This document shows positions 26,988-36,257 of a stretch of DNA of 64,000 bases, piece by piece. Under the pieces are notes generated by a model. That model saw only the letters and a list, made by a program, of their open reading frames with translations. It did not search any database and had not been told where the DNA came from. Where the stretch lies: NCBI GenBank assembly GCA_964572855.1, contig CAZNGF010000006.1, forward strand, positions 3,910 through 67,909. The letters run 5' to 3'. Each line of letters opens with the position of its first letter. The first letter of the stretch is position 1. The translations under genes were made by a program, and so were the position numbers. Source of the DNA: an uncultured Thermotogae bacterium. GTDB lineage: Bacteria; Bipolaricaulota; Bipolaricaulia; RBG-16-55-9; JAJCYT01.

Positions 26988-27578
26988 TCAGAGCGCCACG
27001 TCGGAACGCATGTCGCGCAGCTCGGCGCGGCCGATGCCGAGGTAGTCGAGCGTGGCGCCGGGGGTCTTGTGCCCCAGCTTCCGCTGCGCGAACGCCAGCG
27101 CCGCGTAGGTCTTGCCGTTGAGCGCCCAGACCTGGTAGGCGAACGTCTTCCTCAGCGTGTGCGCGCTGTAGTTGCCGGCGTCGAGCCCCGCCCGCCCGCA
27201 CCAGCGCTTCACCCAGCGGTTGACGGTGCGCTCCGAGATCGGGAAGACGGGTTCCTCGCACGCGCCCAGCTCGTGGGCCCGCAGGTAGAAGGCCATGGCC
27301 TCCCGCATCGCCTTGTTGACCCGATCCTGCCGCCCTTGCGGCAACGCGCCGCCTTGCAGGCGCAGGCGGCGGCGCGGCCGGCCCGCGTCGGTCCACAAAT
27401 CGGCGCAGGTGAGCCGGGTGAGCTCCGACACCCGCAGCCCCGAGTTGACGCCCACGGTGAACAGCAGATAGCCCACGTGGTTCCGCTCCCGCCCCAGCAT
27501 CGCCTTGATGGCGCGGATGGCGCGGCGGTCCCGTATGGGGTCGGCGGGCGTCGGAATCGGACGCTGCGCTTGACTCAT
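26988..27578 (-). CDS. minimal tyrosine recombinase (catalytic domain only)
   Basis: 196 aa. Catalytic signature is complete: GLRVSEL (Arg I), HTLRKT (H-x-x-R), LGHKTPGATLDYL (His/Tyr). There is no N-terminal core-binding domain. Confidence 0.85.
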   Translation of the reverse strand: MSQAQRPIPTPADPIRDRRAIRAIKAMLGRERNHVGYLLFTVGVNSGLRVSELTRLTCADLWTDAGRPRRRLRLQGGALPQGRQDRVNKAMREAMAFYLRAHELGACEEPVFPISERTVNRWVKRWCGRAGLDAGNYSAHTLRKTFAYQVWALNGKTYAALAFAQRKLGHKTPGATLDYLGIGRAELRDMRSDVAL

Positions 27579-27676
27579 AAGGCGTTACAATACAGGGATA
27601 ACCGACAAAAGGCAATGCCAATAACTCTCTGACCATTGATCAAGCTGAAGGGGACTGATATTCTGTGTGTCGGTTT

Positions 27677-27704
27677 TTGCGTTTTTAAGACAGCCCATTA
27701 TACT
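27677..27704 (+). promoter_or_regulatory. possible promoter TTGCGT-16-TATACT for the coiled-coil gene
   Basis: Hexamers read directly inside the AT-rich 224-bp spacer. A second candidate, TTGATC-17-TATTCT, lies at 27636-27664. Confidence 0.3.
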
Positions 27705-27802
27705 GATGGCGTCCCCATTGCCAAAGCGAAACCCGCGCCGGCGCGCCCCACGCGCGTTGCGGCCGGTTTCACCAAACCAACACGATCGAGAGAGGAGCAT
27801 CG

Positions 27803-28519
27803 ATGGAAACGAACGAAGAGGCGCAAGGCGAGCTGAGGCTTACGATCCCGCGCGCCACGCTGATCGGCGTGGCCGTCCTGCTGGTGGGCGGCGTCCTGGG
27901 CGCGGCGCTGGGGGCCGGACTGCAGTCCGCCGGCGTCCCGCAGGAAACCGTGGACGCGCTGGAAGCGCGCAACGAAACGCTTGCAAGCGAGTTGGAGCAG
28001 GCCCAGGCCACGGCCGACGAGCTGCGCACGGGAATGGAGGTGCTCCGGGGCGAGCTGGAGGCCGCCCAGGCCGCCAACGCGCAGCTCGAGACCGAGCTGG
28101 CCTCCCCGGCCCAGGCCATGACGGAGCTGCGCGACCGCGTCAACGCGCTCACGCTCGAGCTGGAAGCCGCCCGGGAGGAGATCGCCCGGCTGCAATCCGT
28201 CCGCGACGAGATGGCCGCCAACGTCACCTCGGTCGAGCGCAACGCCGAGGCGCTCCGGCAACGCCTGGACGCGGCCACGGCCGAAGCGGCGCGCTTGAGC
28301 GACCAGAAGGCCACGCTGCAGCGCGAGCTGGAGGGGGCCCAGGAGCGCTACGCCCAGATGCGCAGCGAGCGCGACCTCGTGACCCAGATGAACGAGACGC
28401 TCGACGGCACGGTCGACAGCCTCAACCGCACGATCAACACCCTGAACGACACCATCCGTTCGCTGACCGAGACCGACCCCGATCCGGCGCAGTCGGCGTC
28501 CAGCGAACAGGCTTCATGA
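27803..28519 (+). CDS. N-terminally anchored coiled-coil protein
   Basis: GAGAGGAG Shine-Dalgarno. One TM helix (LIGVAVLLVGGVLGAALGAGL), then about 190 aa of heptad-like Glu/Ala/Leu/Gln-rich sequence. Confidence 0.7.
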   Translation: METNEEAQGELRLTIPRATLIGVAVLLVGGVLGAALGAGLQSAGVPQETVDALEARNETLASELEQAQATADELRTGMEVLRGELEAAQAANAQLETELASPAQAMTELRDRVNALTLELEAAREEIARLQSVRDEMAANVTSVERNAEALRQRLDAATAEAARLSDQKATLQRELEGAQERYAQMRSERDLVTQMNETLDGTVDSLNRTINTLNDTIRSLTETDPDPAQSASSEQAS

Positions 28520-28544
28520 CGGCCGCGCGAGGCCCTCTGGGTGG

Positions 28545-29636
28545 GTGACCCGCCGGCCGGTACGCCGTACCATGAGCGCGCGCGGAGGCGCGCATCACGA
28601 ACGAAAGGGGCTGGAGGGCATGAGGGGGGCGTTGCGGATCGGGGAGACCGAGGTGCGGGCGGGCGCGCGGGCGACGTTCAACCTGCCGATCGCCGACCTA
28701 TACACGCACACCGAGCTCTCCATGCCGGTCCACGTCACGCACGCGCGCCGCGAGGGGCCCACGCTGTTCGTGAGCGCCGCGGTCCACGGCGACGAGATCA
28801 ACGGCGTCGAAATCATCCGCCGGCTCTTGAAGCTCAAGCTGCTGGCGCGGCTGCGGGGGACGCTGATCGCCGTGCCGGTGGTGAACGTGTTCGGCTTTTT
28901 GAACCAGTCGCGCTACCTGCCGGACCGCCGCGACCTCAACCGCTCCTTCCCGGGCTCGGAGACGGGCTCGCTGGCCGCGCGCCTGGCCCACCTGTTCATG
29001 ACCGAGATCGTCTCGCACTGCAGCCACGGCATCGACCTGCACACGGGCTCGCACCACCGCGCCAACCTGCCCCAGATCCGCGCCTGCCTGGACGACGCCC
29101 AGACCGCGCGCCTGGCGCGCGCCTTCGGCGCGCCCGTGGTCATGAACGCCGACTTGCGGGACAGCTCGCTGCGCGAGGCCGTGGCCGATCGAAACGTTCC
29201 GATCCTGCTTTACGAAGCCGGCGAGGCCCTGCGGTTCGACGAGCTCTCGATTCGGTTCGGCGTCCGGGGGATCGTCTCGGTGATGCGGGCCATCGGCATG
29301 CTGCCCCGCAAGCGCTCCGCGGGGCGGGAGCACGAGCCGATGCTGGCCACGGCCAGCGCTTGGGTGCGCGCCCCGCACAGCGGCCTGCTGCGCATGCGCC
29401 GGCACCTGGGGGCGCACGTGCGCGCGGGCGAGCTGCTGGGCCACATCGCACACCCGCTGGGCCGCCACGAGGTCGAGGTCGTCTCGACGCGGTCGGGCGT
29501 CATCGTCGGGCGCACGAACATGCCCCTGGTCAACGAGGGGGATGCCCTGTTCCACATCGCCAGCTTCGACCCCGGCGCCCGACGCGCACCGGCGTTGGAG
29601 GCGTTTCAACCTCCGGCTCGGCCCGCGGGCGGTTAG
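28545..29636 (+). CDS. succinylglutamate desuccinylase/aspartoacylase-family (M14-like) zinc hydrolase
   Basis: HGDEINGVE zinc-binding motif, DLNRSFPGS and the later H..H region. The true start may be ATG 28572 or 28620. Confidence 0.82.
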   Translation: MTRRPVRRTMSARGGAHHERKGLEGMRGALRIGETEVRAGARATFNLPIADLYTHTELSMPVHVTHARREGPTLFVSAAVHGDEINGVEIIRRLLKLKLLARLRGTLIAVPVVNVFGFLNQSRYLPDRRDLNRSFPGSETGSLAARLAHLFMTEIVSHCSHGIDLHTGSHHRANLPQIRACLDDAQTARLARAFGAPVVMNADLRDSSLREAVADRNVPILLYEAGEALRFDELSIRFGVRGIVSVMRAIGMLPRKRSAGREHEPMLATASAWVRAPHSGLLRMRRHLGAHVRAGELLGHIAHPLGRHEVEVVSTRSGVIVGRTNMPLVNEGDALFHIASFDPGARRAPALEAFQPPARPAGG

Positions 29637-29806
29637 GGCGCGCCTGTTCCGGATCAAGCGCGCAGGTGTCGAAGCTCATGCCCGGGACTGAGCTGGGTCA
29701 TGTCGCCGGCTCGGGCGGTGGGGACAATGGGGGGGACGACCTTCAAGCAAACGACACCGGGCCGCATGCCTCGGCCCGTGGGAACAGCTTGAACCTCCTT
29801 ACGAAC

Positions 29807-29841
29807 GGGCGCCGGTACCACAGCCGGCGCCCGCCTTTTTT
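29807..29841 (+). terminator. rho-independent terminator
   Basis: GGGCGCCGG-(8 nt)-CCGGCGCCC followed by GCCTTTTTT. A 6-T run is rare in this GC-rich sequence. It lies 171 nt after the stop at 29636. Confidence 0.65.
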
Positions 29842-29876
29842 CGGCCGGGGCGCGGTTTTTGCAACCGCCTTCGTCG

Positions 29877-30446
29877 TTAATCCGCCGGCTCGGCCACGGG
29901 CGCGTCGGCCAGCGCCAGGCCGCGGGCGAGGCGGACGGTCTCCCGGACGAGCTGGCCGATTCGTTCCCGAATGTCGGCCGAACGGATCGCGTCGCCGTCG
30001 AAGTCGGCGCGGGTGGCGTAGACGAAGCGCGGGACGATGTGACAGCGGAAGTCGTACATCAAGCTGTTGATCAGGCCCGTGGGCGAGAGGTAGGCGCGGC
30101 TGCCGCCCGCGGCGCACAGGACGCCCACGACCTTGTCCTGCCAAGCGCTGCCGGTGAGCTCGATGACGTTCTTGGCCGTTGAGCTCGTGTCGTAGTTGTA
30201 AATCGGCGAGGCGATCAAGACGGCATCCGCCGCGTCGATTTTGGCTTTGAGCGCCTTGACGTTGGGGTGGTCGTAGGCCGCGTCGCCGTCGCAGGGCGGC
30301 AACGCGAACTCGCGCAGGTCCACCAGCTCGACCGGCGCGCCGTCGGAGGAGAGCGCGCGCCGAGCCTCCCGGGCCAGCAGCGCCGAGTTGCTCTCGGGGT
30401 TGAGGGAGCAGCTGAGCACGAGGGCGGTCGGGTTTTCTCCGTTCAA
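29877..30446 (-). CDS. NADPH-dependent FMN reductase family protein
   Basis: 189 aa. Flavodoxin-like LVLSCSLNPESNS N-terminus and the IASPIYNY motif. Confidence 0.82.
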   Translation of the reverse strand: MNGENPTALVLSCSLNPESNSALLAREARRALSSDGAPVELVDLREFALPPCDGDAAYDHPNVKALKAKIDAADAVLIASPIYNYDTSSTAKNVIELTGSAWQDKVVGVLCAAGGSRAYLSPTGLINSLMYDFRCHIVPRFVYATRADFDGDAIRSADIRERIGQLVRETVRLARGLALADAPVAEPAD

Positions 30447-30468
30447 GGGGTCCTCCTTTGGGGTCGGG

Positions 30469-30870
30469 TTATGCGTCTGGCGGGGAGAGGGTCTGATCCA
30501 GGTGCGTTTGCGCCCAGTCGGTCACGGACCGCATGACGCTCTCAAGCCCTGCGCCCTGGGGCGTGAGCCGGTACTCCCAGCGCGGGGGGTGTTCCCGGTA
30601 GAGCTCGCGCTCGACCAGCCCTGCGGCCTCCAGGCGCTTGAGCCGGTCGGCCAGGATGTTGGTCGTGATGCCCTCCGGCGCGTCCAGAAACTCGTTGAAG
30701 CGCCGCTTGCCCAAGCACATGTCGCGCACGACCAGCAGCGTCCAGCGGTCGCCGATGAGGTCGAGCGCGCGGCCCACCGGGCAAGACGAGCGCGGCCGGC
30801 GGATGCGGTCGGCCGGCGTGTTCACGGCGTTAGCTCTCCCATGGCACCCATTGTAGCCGGTCGCTTGCAA
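30469..30870 (-). CDS. HxlR-family transcriptional regulator
   Basis: CPVGRALDLIGDRWTLLVVRDM..GKRRFNEF...GITTNILADRLKRLEAAGLVER is the HxlR winged-helix signature. It lies immediately upstream of the FMN reductase, a typical pairing. Confidence 0.85.
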   Translation of the reverse strand: MQATGYNGCHGRANAVNTPADRIRRPRSSCPVGRALDLIGDRWTLLVVRDMCLGKRRFNEFLDAPEGITTNILADRLKRLEAAGLVERELYREHPPRWEYRLTPQGAGLESVMRSVTDWAQTHLDQTLSPPDA

Positions 30871-31023
30871 ATCGCAATTTTCGGTTTCGTTTTGCTACAG
30901 GACGAATTCCACCGTGAAGCCGAGCGTCAGTGGTGAAAAGCGGATGAAAAAGCGGTGAAATTCGCATGAGGCCTATTGATTCGGCACCGTCGCATGGGGT
31001 AAGGTGGCGGGGAGGTGAGGCCC

Positions 31024-33507
31024 ATGACCCGGTTTGGACGCGTCTTGCTGGCGAGCTTTTGGTTGCCGCTCGCGCTGGCCCCGTTTGCCTGGGGCGCCGA
31101 CGATCACGGCAGCGAGCCCACGCCCTTTGCGGCCACGCTCATCGATCCCCACGACCTCGAGCTGCGCGGCTCGCTGGAGACGCCCGACGACGCGGACTGC
31201 TTCCTGTTCGAGGCGGTGGAGGGCGCCAACTATGCCTTCGAGACACGCCAGCTCACGGGCGAGATCGACACGCTGCTCGTGCTGTTCGACCGCAACTCGC
31301 GCACCGTGCTGGCCGCCGACGACGACGGCGGCCAGGGGCGCGCCTCGAAGCTCGCCTGGGAGGCGCCGGCCGACGGGTTTTACTTCGTGTGCGTGCGCAA
31401 CTCGCGCTCGGCGGGAGAGCGCAGCGGCGACTACACGCTGCGCGCCAGCACGGACGCGCCAGAGCGGCCCGAAACGGCCGAGCCGCCCGGCAGACCCCCA
31501 TCCCCGGCCTCACCTCCGGAGGAGGACGACGATGACGACGAAACGGCCGACGACCCGCAGACGCCGCCGGCGGATCGGGACGACCCGCCGGCCCCGCCGG
31601 GGGGGGATCCCCCTCGGACCGAGGACCCCGTCCAGCCCCCCGACGGCCAGGGACGCGTGAGCGCCGCCGGCGCCGTAGGGATCCTGGGCGCCGACGACGC
31701 GGCCAGCCTCTCCGACGTGGCCGGCTACTTGGCCCGCGAGCTCGACTTCCTGACGCTCGAGGTCATCGACGTTTCATCGCACACGCCCTCGGCCTCGGAG
31801 CTGAACGCGTTCGCCGCCGTGCTCGTCTGGGCCGACAGCGGCTTCGCCGACGCGGAGGCCCTGGGCGACCGGCTGGCCGACTACGCCGACCGCGGCGGCG
31901 GCGTGGTGGTGGCCGCCGTCAGCTTCGACGCGCCCGACCCGTTCGACCCCGACACGCTGGGGGGGCGCTTTTTCTCTGGCGGGTACTACGCCATCGAGCC
32001 GGGCGTCAACAACGTGATCGGCGAGCGCCGCGTGCTGGGCAGCGTCGGCGACCCGGCGCACCCGCTCATGCGGGGCGTGGCCAAGATCGACGGCGGGCCG
32101 CGCACGCACTACTCGCCGACCACGGCCCTGAGCGCCGGCGCGCGCGCGCTGGCCAGCTGGGACGACGGCTCGGCCCTGGCCGCGGTCAAGACGCTCAACG
32201 GCGCGCGCCGCGCCGACGTCAACCTGTTCCCGCCCTCCAGCCGCGTGAACCCGGACCTGTGGCCCTTCACGCTCGACAACGACGTGCCGCGGCTGTTCGC
32301 CAACGCGCTCCTCTGGACCGGGGACATCGCGCCGCCGGAGGACGCAACGAGCAGCAACGGCGCCCCGGCCATCTTGGAGGTGAGCCCGCGCCGGCTGGGC
32401 TTTGCCGCCGAGCTCGAACGCGCCGCCCCGGATCCGCAGTCGATCACGCTCCAGAACGCGGGCGGGCGGGCCCTGAGCTGGACCGCCTCCGCCGACGCCG
32501 GCTGGCTGCGCCTGGGGCGCGAGGGGGGCGAGCTGGCGCCCGGCGCATCCGCCACGTTGAACGTCTCGGTCGACCCGAGCGGCTTGGCCGCCGACACCTA
32601 CAACGGCACGGTCACGATCACGGCGCTGGACGCCCAGAACAGCCCGGCGCGCGCCTTCGTCACGCTCGCGCTCGCCGCGCCCGGGGCCACACCCTCCACG
32701 CCGGGCGAGGACCCGACGGAACCGCCCAGCTCGTCCACCACGCCGCCGGGGGACGGCGACGCGGGCCCGCCGCTGCGCGCGCCCTCGGCCACCGCGAGCA
32801 ACCCCGGCACGCTGGGCGGGCTCATCCGCGTGCCCGAGCAGGTGCCCACGTTGAACCAAGCCGTGGCCCAGGCATCCTCGGGCGCGACCATCGAGCTGGC
32901 CCCGGGCACGTATCGAAATGTGGCCGCGGTCGTGACGCGCGCGCTTACGATCCGCGGCGGGGTCAACCCCGCCCAGGTCGTGCTGGTGGGCAACGGGGCC
33001 GAGCCCGTGCTGACCGTGGCCGGCAACGCCAACCCCGTGCTGCTGGAGGGCGTCACGCTCAAGGGCGGCGGGCACGGCCTGCTGATCGGCGACCGCGCCC
33101 GGGTCACGGTCCAGAACGCCTTCGTGCAGGAGAACGTCGGCTGGGGCGTGGGGCTGGGCCAGTCCGCCGAGGTCACGTTGCGCAACAACACGATCTTCGC
33201 CAACGGCGCGGGCGGCGTGCGCGTGGGCTTCGACGGCGCGCGCGAGGAGACGGCCGTGGCCTCGATCTCGCGCAACACGATCGAGAACAACGCCGGCTGC
33301 GGCGTGGCGGTTAAGGGGCTCGAGCCCGGCCTGCGGGTCAACGGCCGCGAGAACCGCATGACCAACAACGCCCCCGACCTGTGCGACCCCGCGCGCAAGA
33401 TCCCCTTCGGCTTCGTCAAGAACAAGGACAGCGACGGCGACGGCGTCCCGGACGACCAGGACTTCTGCCCCACCTTCCCCGGCCGGCGCGAGACCGACGG
33501 GTGTTGA
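31024..33507 (+). CDS. large secreted multidomain protein (PPC domain, P/D-rich linker, parallel beta-helix repeats, TSP3-like Ca-binding tail)
   Basis: Signal peptide ending AWGADD. PPC-like DDADCFLFEAVEGANYAFE...DGFYFVCV. Beta-helix repeats (GGHGLLIGDRARVTVQNAFVQENVGWGVGLGQSAEVTLRNNTIFANGAGGVRV). C-terminal DSDGDGVPDDQDFCP. Confidence 0.85.
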   Translation: MTRFGRVLLASFWLPLALAPFAWGADDHGSEPTPFAATLIDPHDLELRGSLETPDDADCFLFEAVEGANYAFETRQLTGEIDTLLVLFDRNSRTVLAADDDGGQGRASKLAWEAPADGFYFVCVRNSRSAGERSGDYTLRASTDAPERPETAEPPGRPPSPASPPEEDDDDDETADDPQTPPADRDDPPAPPGGDPPRTEDPVQPPDGQGRVSAAGAVGILGADDAASLSDVAGYLARELDFLTLEVIDVSSHTPSASELNAFAAVLVWADSGFADAEALGDRLADYADRGGGVVVAAVSFDAPDPFDPDTLGGRFFSGGYYAIEPGVNNVIGERRVLGSVGDPAHPLMRGVAKIDGGPRTHYSPTTALSAGARALASWDDGSALAAVKTLNGARRADVNLFPPSSRVNPDLWPFTLDNDVPRLFANALLWTGDIAPPEDATSSNGAPAILEVSPRRLGFAAELERAAPDPQSITLQNAGGRALSWTASADAGWLRLGREGGELAPGASATLNVSVDPSGLAADTYNGTVTITALDAQNSPARAFVTLALAAPGATPSTPGEDPTEPPSSSTTPPGDGDAGPPLRAPSATASNPGTLGGLIRVPEQVPTLNQAVAQASSGATIELAPGTYRNVAAVVTRALTIRGGVNPAQVVLVGNGAEPVLTVAGNANPVLLEGVTLKGGGHGLLIGDRARVTVQNAFVQENVGWGVGLGQSAEVTLRNNTIFANGAGGVRVGFDGAREETAVASISRNTIENNAGCGVAVKGLEPGLRVNGRENRMTNNAPDLCDPARKIPFGFVKNKDSDGDGVPDDQDFCPTFPGRRETDGC

Positions 33508-33625
33508 GCGATTCCGACCCGACCCAACGCCGTTGGTCTCACGGGTGACGCCCGTCATACCCGAGCCCGCTCAGGTCGGCCAAAATGCGTCGCGCAAGCA
33601 TTTGAGTCCGGCAAGGGGGGAAGCC

Positions 33626-33823
33626 ATGGCGAGCAAATCCGGCTCACGCGACGTGGCCAGCAGCGGTTCGGCGGGCGCGGTTTACGGCTTGGGCTTCATC
33701 GGCGCGGCCGTCTACTACATCGGGCACGCGCCCGATTTCTGGACGGGCGTCCTGGGCTTTCTGAAGGCGCTTGTCTGGCCCGCGTTTCTGGTCTACGAGT
33801 GGCTGAAGTTTCTGGGGATGTAA
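33626..33823 (+). CDS. small two-TM membrane protein
   Basis: 65 aa counted from the internal ATG. GAVYGLGFIGAAVYYI and VLGFLKALVWPAFLVY hydrophobic helices. Confidence 0.5.
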   Translation: MASKSGSRDVASSGSAGAVYGLGFIGAAVYYIGHAPDFWTGVLGFLKALVWPAFLVYEWLKFLGM

Positions 33824-33858
33824 GAGGCGATCGAAAACCTCCAATGTAAAACCGGAAA

Positions 33859-34293
33859 TCACCGTCCCGTCGACCCAAACCCCTCTGCCCCCCGCGCGCT
33901 CTCGTCCAGCGCCGCCACCTCGCGCACCTCGGCCGTCAGCGTTTGGGCGATGACCAACTGCGCCACGCGCTGGCCCGGCTGAATCTCGAACGGCTCGTCG
34001 CCGTGGTTGATCAGGATCACGCCCAGCTCGCCGCGGTAGCCGGCGTCCACCGTGCCCGGCGCGTTCAGGACCGTGACGCCGTGCTCCAGCGCCAGGCCGC
34101 TGCGCGGGCGGACTTGGCCTTCCGTGCCGGGCGGCAGCGCGACCGCGATCCCGGTTTTGACCAGCGCGCGCGCGCCGGGGGCCAGCGTGGCCGGCTCGCA
34201 GGCGTGCAGGTCGAGCCCGGCGTCGTTTGGGTGCGCGTAGCGGGGCAGGACGGCATCTGGACGTAGTTTTTTGACCTGGAGAATCGGGGGCAT
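33859..34293 (-). CDS. dut: dUTP diphosphatase
   Basis: 144 aa from ATG 34293. [20 protein letters not shown] and the C-terminal RG..GFGSTG motifs. Confidence 0.92.
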   Translation of the reverse strand: MPPILQVKKLRPDAVLPRYAHPNDAGLDLHACEPATLAPGARALVKTGIAVALPPGTEGQVRPRSGLALEHGVTVLNAPGTVDAGYRGELGVILINHGDEPFEIQPGQRVAQLVIAQTLTAEVREVAALDESARGAEGFGSTGR

Positions 34294-34460
34294 GGCGCTC
34301 ACTCTACGTCGCCCGCGTGACCCGCACAAGGGGGCTGGGGGTGAGGTCCGTTACTGACCCGTGTCCCCCGCTCGGTAGACAATGGGGCATCTAGCACCGA
34401 GAAAGCGCCTTGATTGCGTATCGACCGAGGTTTGCGCGACCACCGAAGGGGTGAGCACGG

Positions 34461-35789
34461 ATGCACACGCCATTCAGGGGCCTGGCCCTGCTGATTGTGA
34501 CGCTGCTGCTGGGGGTGCTGGCGCCGCCGTCCCTGGCCGCCGACGCCGACGACGTGGCCCAACTCAACGTGAAAATCGACCAGCTCGAAACGCTGACCGA
34601 GGACCTGGCTCAAGCGATCCACGCCGCCGACAAGAACCTGGACGCCCAGGGCGGCAGCCTGACGCCGCGGGTCGACCATGCCGAGGGGGTCGCGCGCGAC
34701 GTCTCGTTCGAGGTCAAAAAGCTCATGGACGCTTGGCGCGGTCTGCACCGGCGCGTGAGCGAGTTGGCCGCGCAGGTGGGCGAGTTCCGCCCCACCGTGC
34801 TCGGGTTCAAGGCGCGGATCGAGGCCTTCGGCCTGCGGCTGGAGCGGGCCGAACGCGATACCTCGTTCCTGAGCGTGCGGGTGTCGGACTTGGGGGACAT
34901 GCTCGACCGGCTCGCCGCGCGCCTGAGCGCGCTGGAGCGGGACCAGCTGAGCGCGCTGCAGCTGCTGCGCGCCGAGGTCGACGCGTTCGTGCGCGGGTCC
35001 GGCGGCGCGCTGGAGGCGCTCTCGAGCGACTTCCTGCAGCTGCGGAGCCGCTTCGCCCAGCAGGACGAGCAGATCGGCTTCAACCGGCACCGCATCGACT
35101 CGCTCAGAGAGCGGTCCCAAGCGCTCATGGACCGGTCCCACCTCCTGCTCAAACTGAACGCCCGGCTGGAGTCGGTCGTCGAAGCGCAAAGCCGGTTTGA
35201 GGGCCGCATCGCCGCGCTCGAGGCGCGGCTGGGGGACTACGGCGTGCTGGACGGCGGCGCCGCCGAGCTGGAGGCGAGCGTGGGCGCCCTCTCGCTGCGC
35301 TACCAGGAATTCGAGGCGCGGCTGGACGCAATCGAGCTGGAAGCCCCGCCCTCGCCGGACGAGGCCCGCGCCCAGTTGCGTGCGTTGCGTGCGCGCCTGG
35401 ACGAGGCCGAGGCCATGGTGATGGCGCTCAAGGCGTCGGCCTCGATCGACACCGGCGCCCGGGAGCCCGGTCCGCTGGACGACCTACGCGCCCAGATCAA
35501 GGCGCTGCGGAACCAGATCACCTCGCAACTGATCGAGGTCGAGCGCCACAACCGGGTCGTGGCCGAGCTGAGCGCCCAACTGCAGGCGCGCGGCAGCGGC
35601 AGCACGTTCAACCGCAGCGAGCTGATCGCGCGCATCACGGCCGAGTTCCGCATAGAGATCCAGGGTCTGCTGCAGACGATCCAGGACGCCAAGGACGCGG
35701 CCAAGCAGGCCCAGATCGCCAACGGCCTGGCGCTGCTGGCGCTGCTGACGGGCGTGGCCGGCATCCTGATGGCGCTCATCCTGCGCTAG
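34461..35789 (+). CDS. exported coiled-coil protein with C-terminal TM anchor
   Basis: 442 aa. Signal peptide ending SLAADA, long Leu/Ala/Arg/Glu heptad-like stretches, and a C-terminal helix LALLALLTGVAGILMALIL. Confidence 0.72.
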   Translation: MHTPFRGLALLIVTLLLGVLAPPSLAADADDVAQLNVKIDQLETLTEDLAQAIHAADKNLDAQGGSLTPRVDHAEGVARDVSFEVKKLMDAWRGLHRRVSELAAQVGEFRPTVLGFKARIEAFGLRLERAERDTSFLSVRVSDLGDMLDRLAARLSALERDQLSALQLLRAEVDAFVRGSGGALEALSSDFLQLRSRFAQQDEQIGFNRHRIDSLRERSQALMDRSHLLLKLNARLESVVEAQSRFEGRIAALEARLGDYGVLDGGAAELEASVGALSLRYQEFEARLDAIELEAPPSPDEARAQLRALRARLDEAEAMVMALKASASIDTGAREPGPLDDLRAQIKALRNQITSQLIEVERHNRVVAELSAQLQARGSGSTFNRSELIARITAEFRIEIQGLLQTIQDAKDAAKQAQIANGLALLALLTGVAGILMALILR

Positions 35790-35802
35790 CGGGGCGTCCG
35801 TC

Positions 35803-36186
35803 GTGCGTTACCTGTTCAGCGTTTTCGTCGTGCTGCACGGCCTCGTGCACCTCTGGTACGTCACGCTCAGCCGGGGCTGGGTGCCGTTCGAGCCCGCGAT
35901 GGGCTGGACCGGGCGGTCCTGGCTGCTCACCCCCCTGATCGGATCGTCCGCGGCGCGCACGCTGGCCGGCGGCCTGTTCGCGCTGGCGGCCCTGCTGCTG
36001 CTGGCCTGCGGCGTCGGGATCGCCCTGCGTGCCGACTGGTGGCGCCCGCTGCTGTTGACCGCGGCTGCGTTCTCAATGGTCGTGACGCTGCTGTTCTGGG
36101 ATGGGGACGTCTCCATGCTGGTTCAAAAGGGACTGCTGGGCGTTCTAATCAACATCGGGCTCTTATTGGCGCTCTGGCTGGGGTAA
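35803..36186 (+). CDS. hypothetical 4-TM membrane protein
   Basis: 127 aa with four hydrophobic helices. GTG start 14 nt after the preceding stop. Confidence 0.55.
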   Translation: MRYLFSVFVVLHGLVHLWYVTLSRGWVPFEPAMGWTGRSWLLTPLIGSSAARTLAGGLFALAALLLLACGVGIALRADWWRPLLLTAAAFSMVVTLLFWDGDVSMLVQKGLLGVLINIGLLLALWLG

Positions 36187-36257
36187 TCCAAGGCGGTAGG
36201 GTCCGCTACGCGGGCCACATGCCGGCCTGCACAGCAGGCCCTACATTTCTGTTTGCC

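Noticed and set aside
28541-30144. ORFs 28541-30070(+) and 29743-30144(-), which span the M14-like gene, the terminator region and the FMN-reductase gene.
   Set aside because: They are out of frame or antisense to two genes with clear signatures (HGDEINGVE/DLNRSFPGS and the flavodoxin-like FMN reductase). Their composition is Arg/Pro/Gly-rich.
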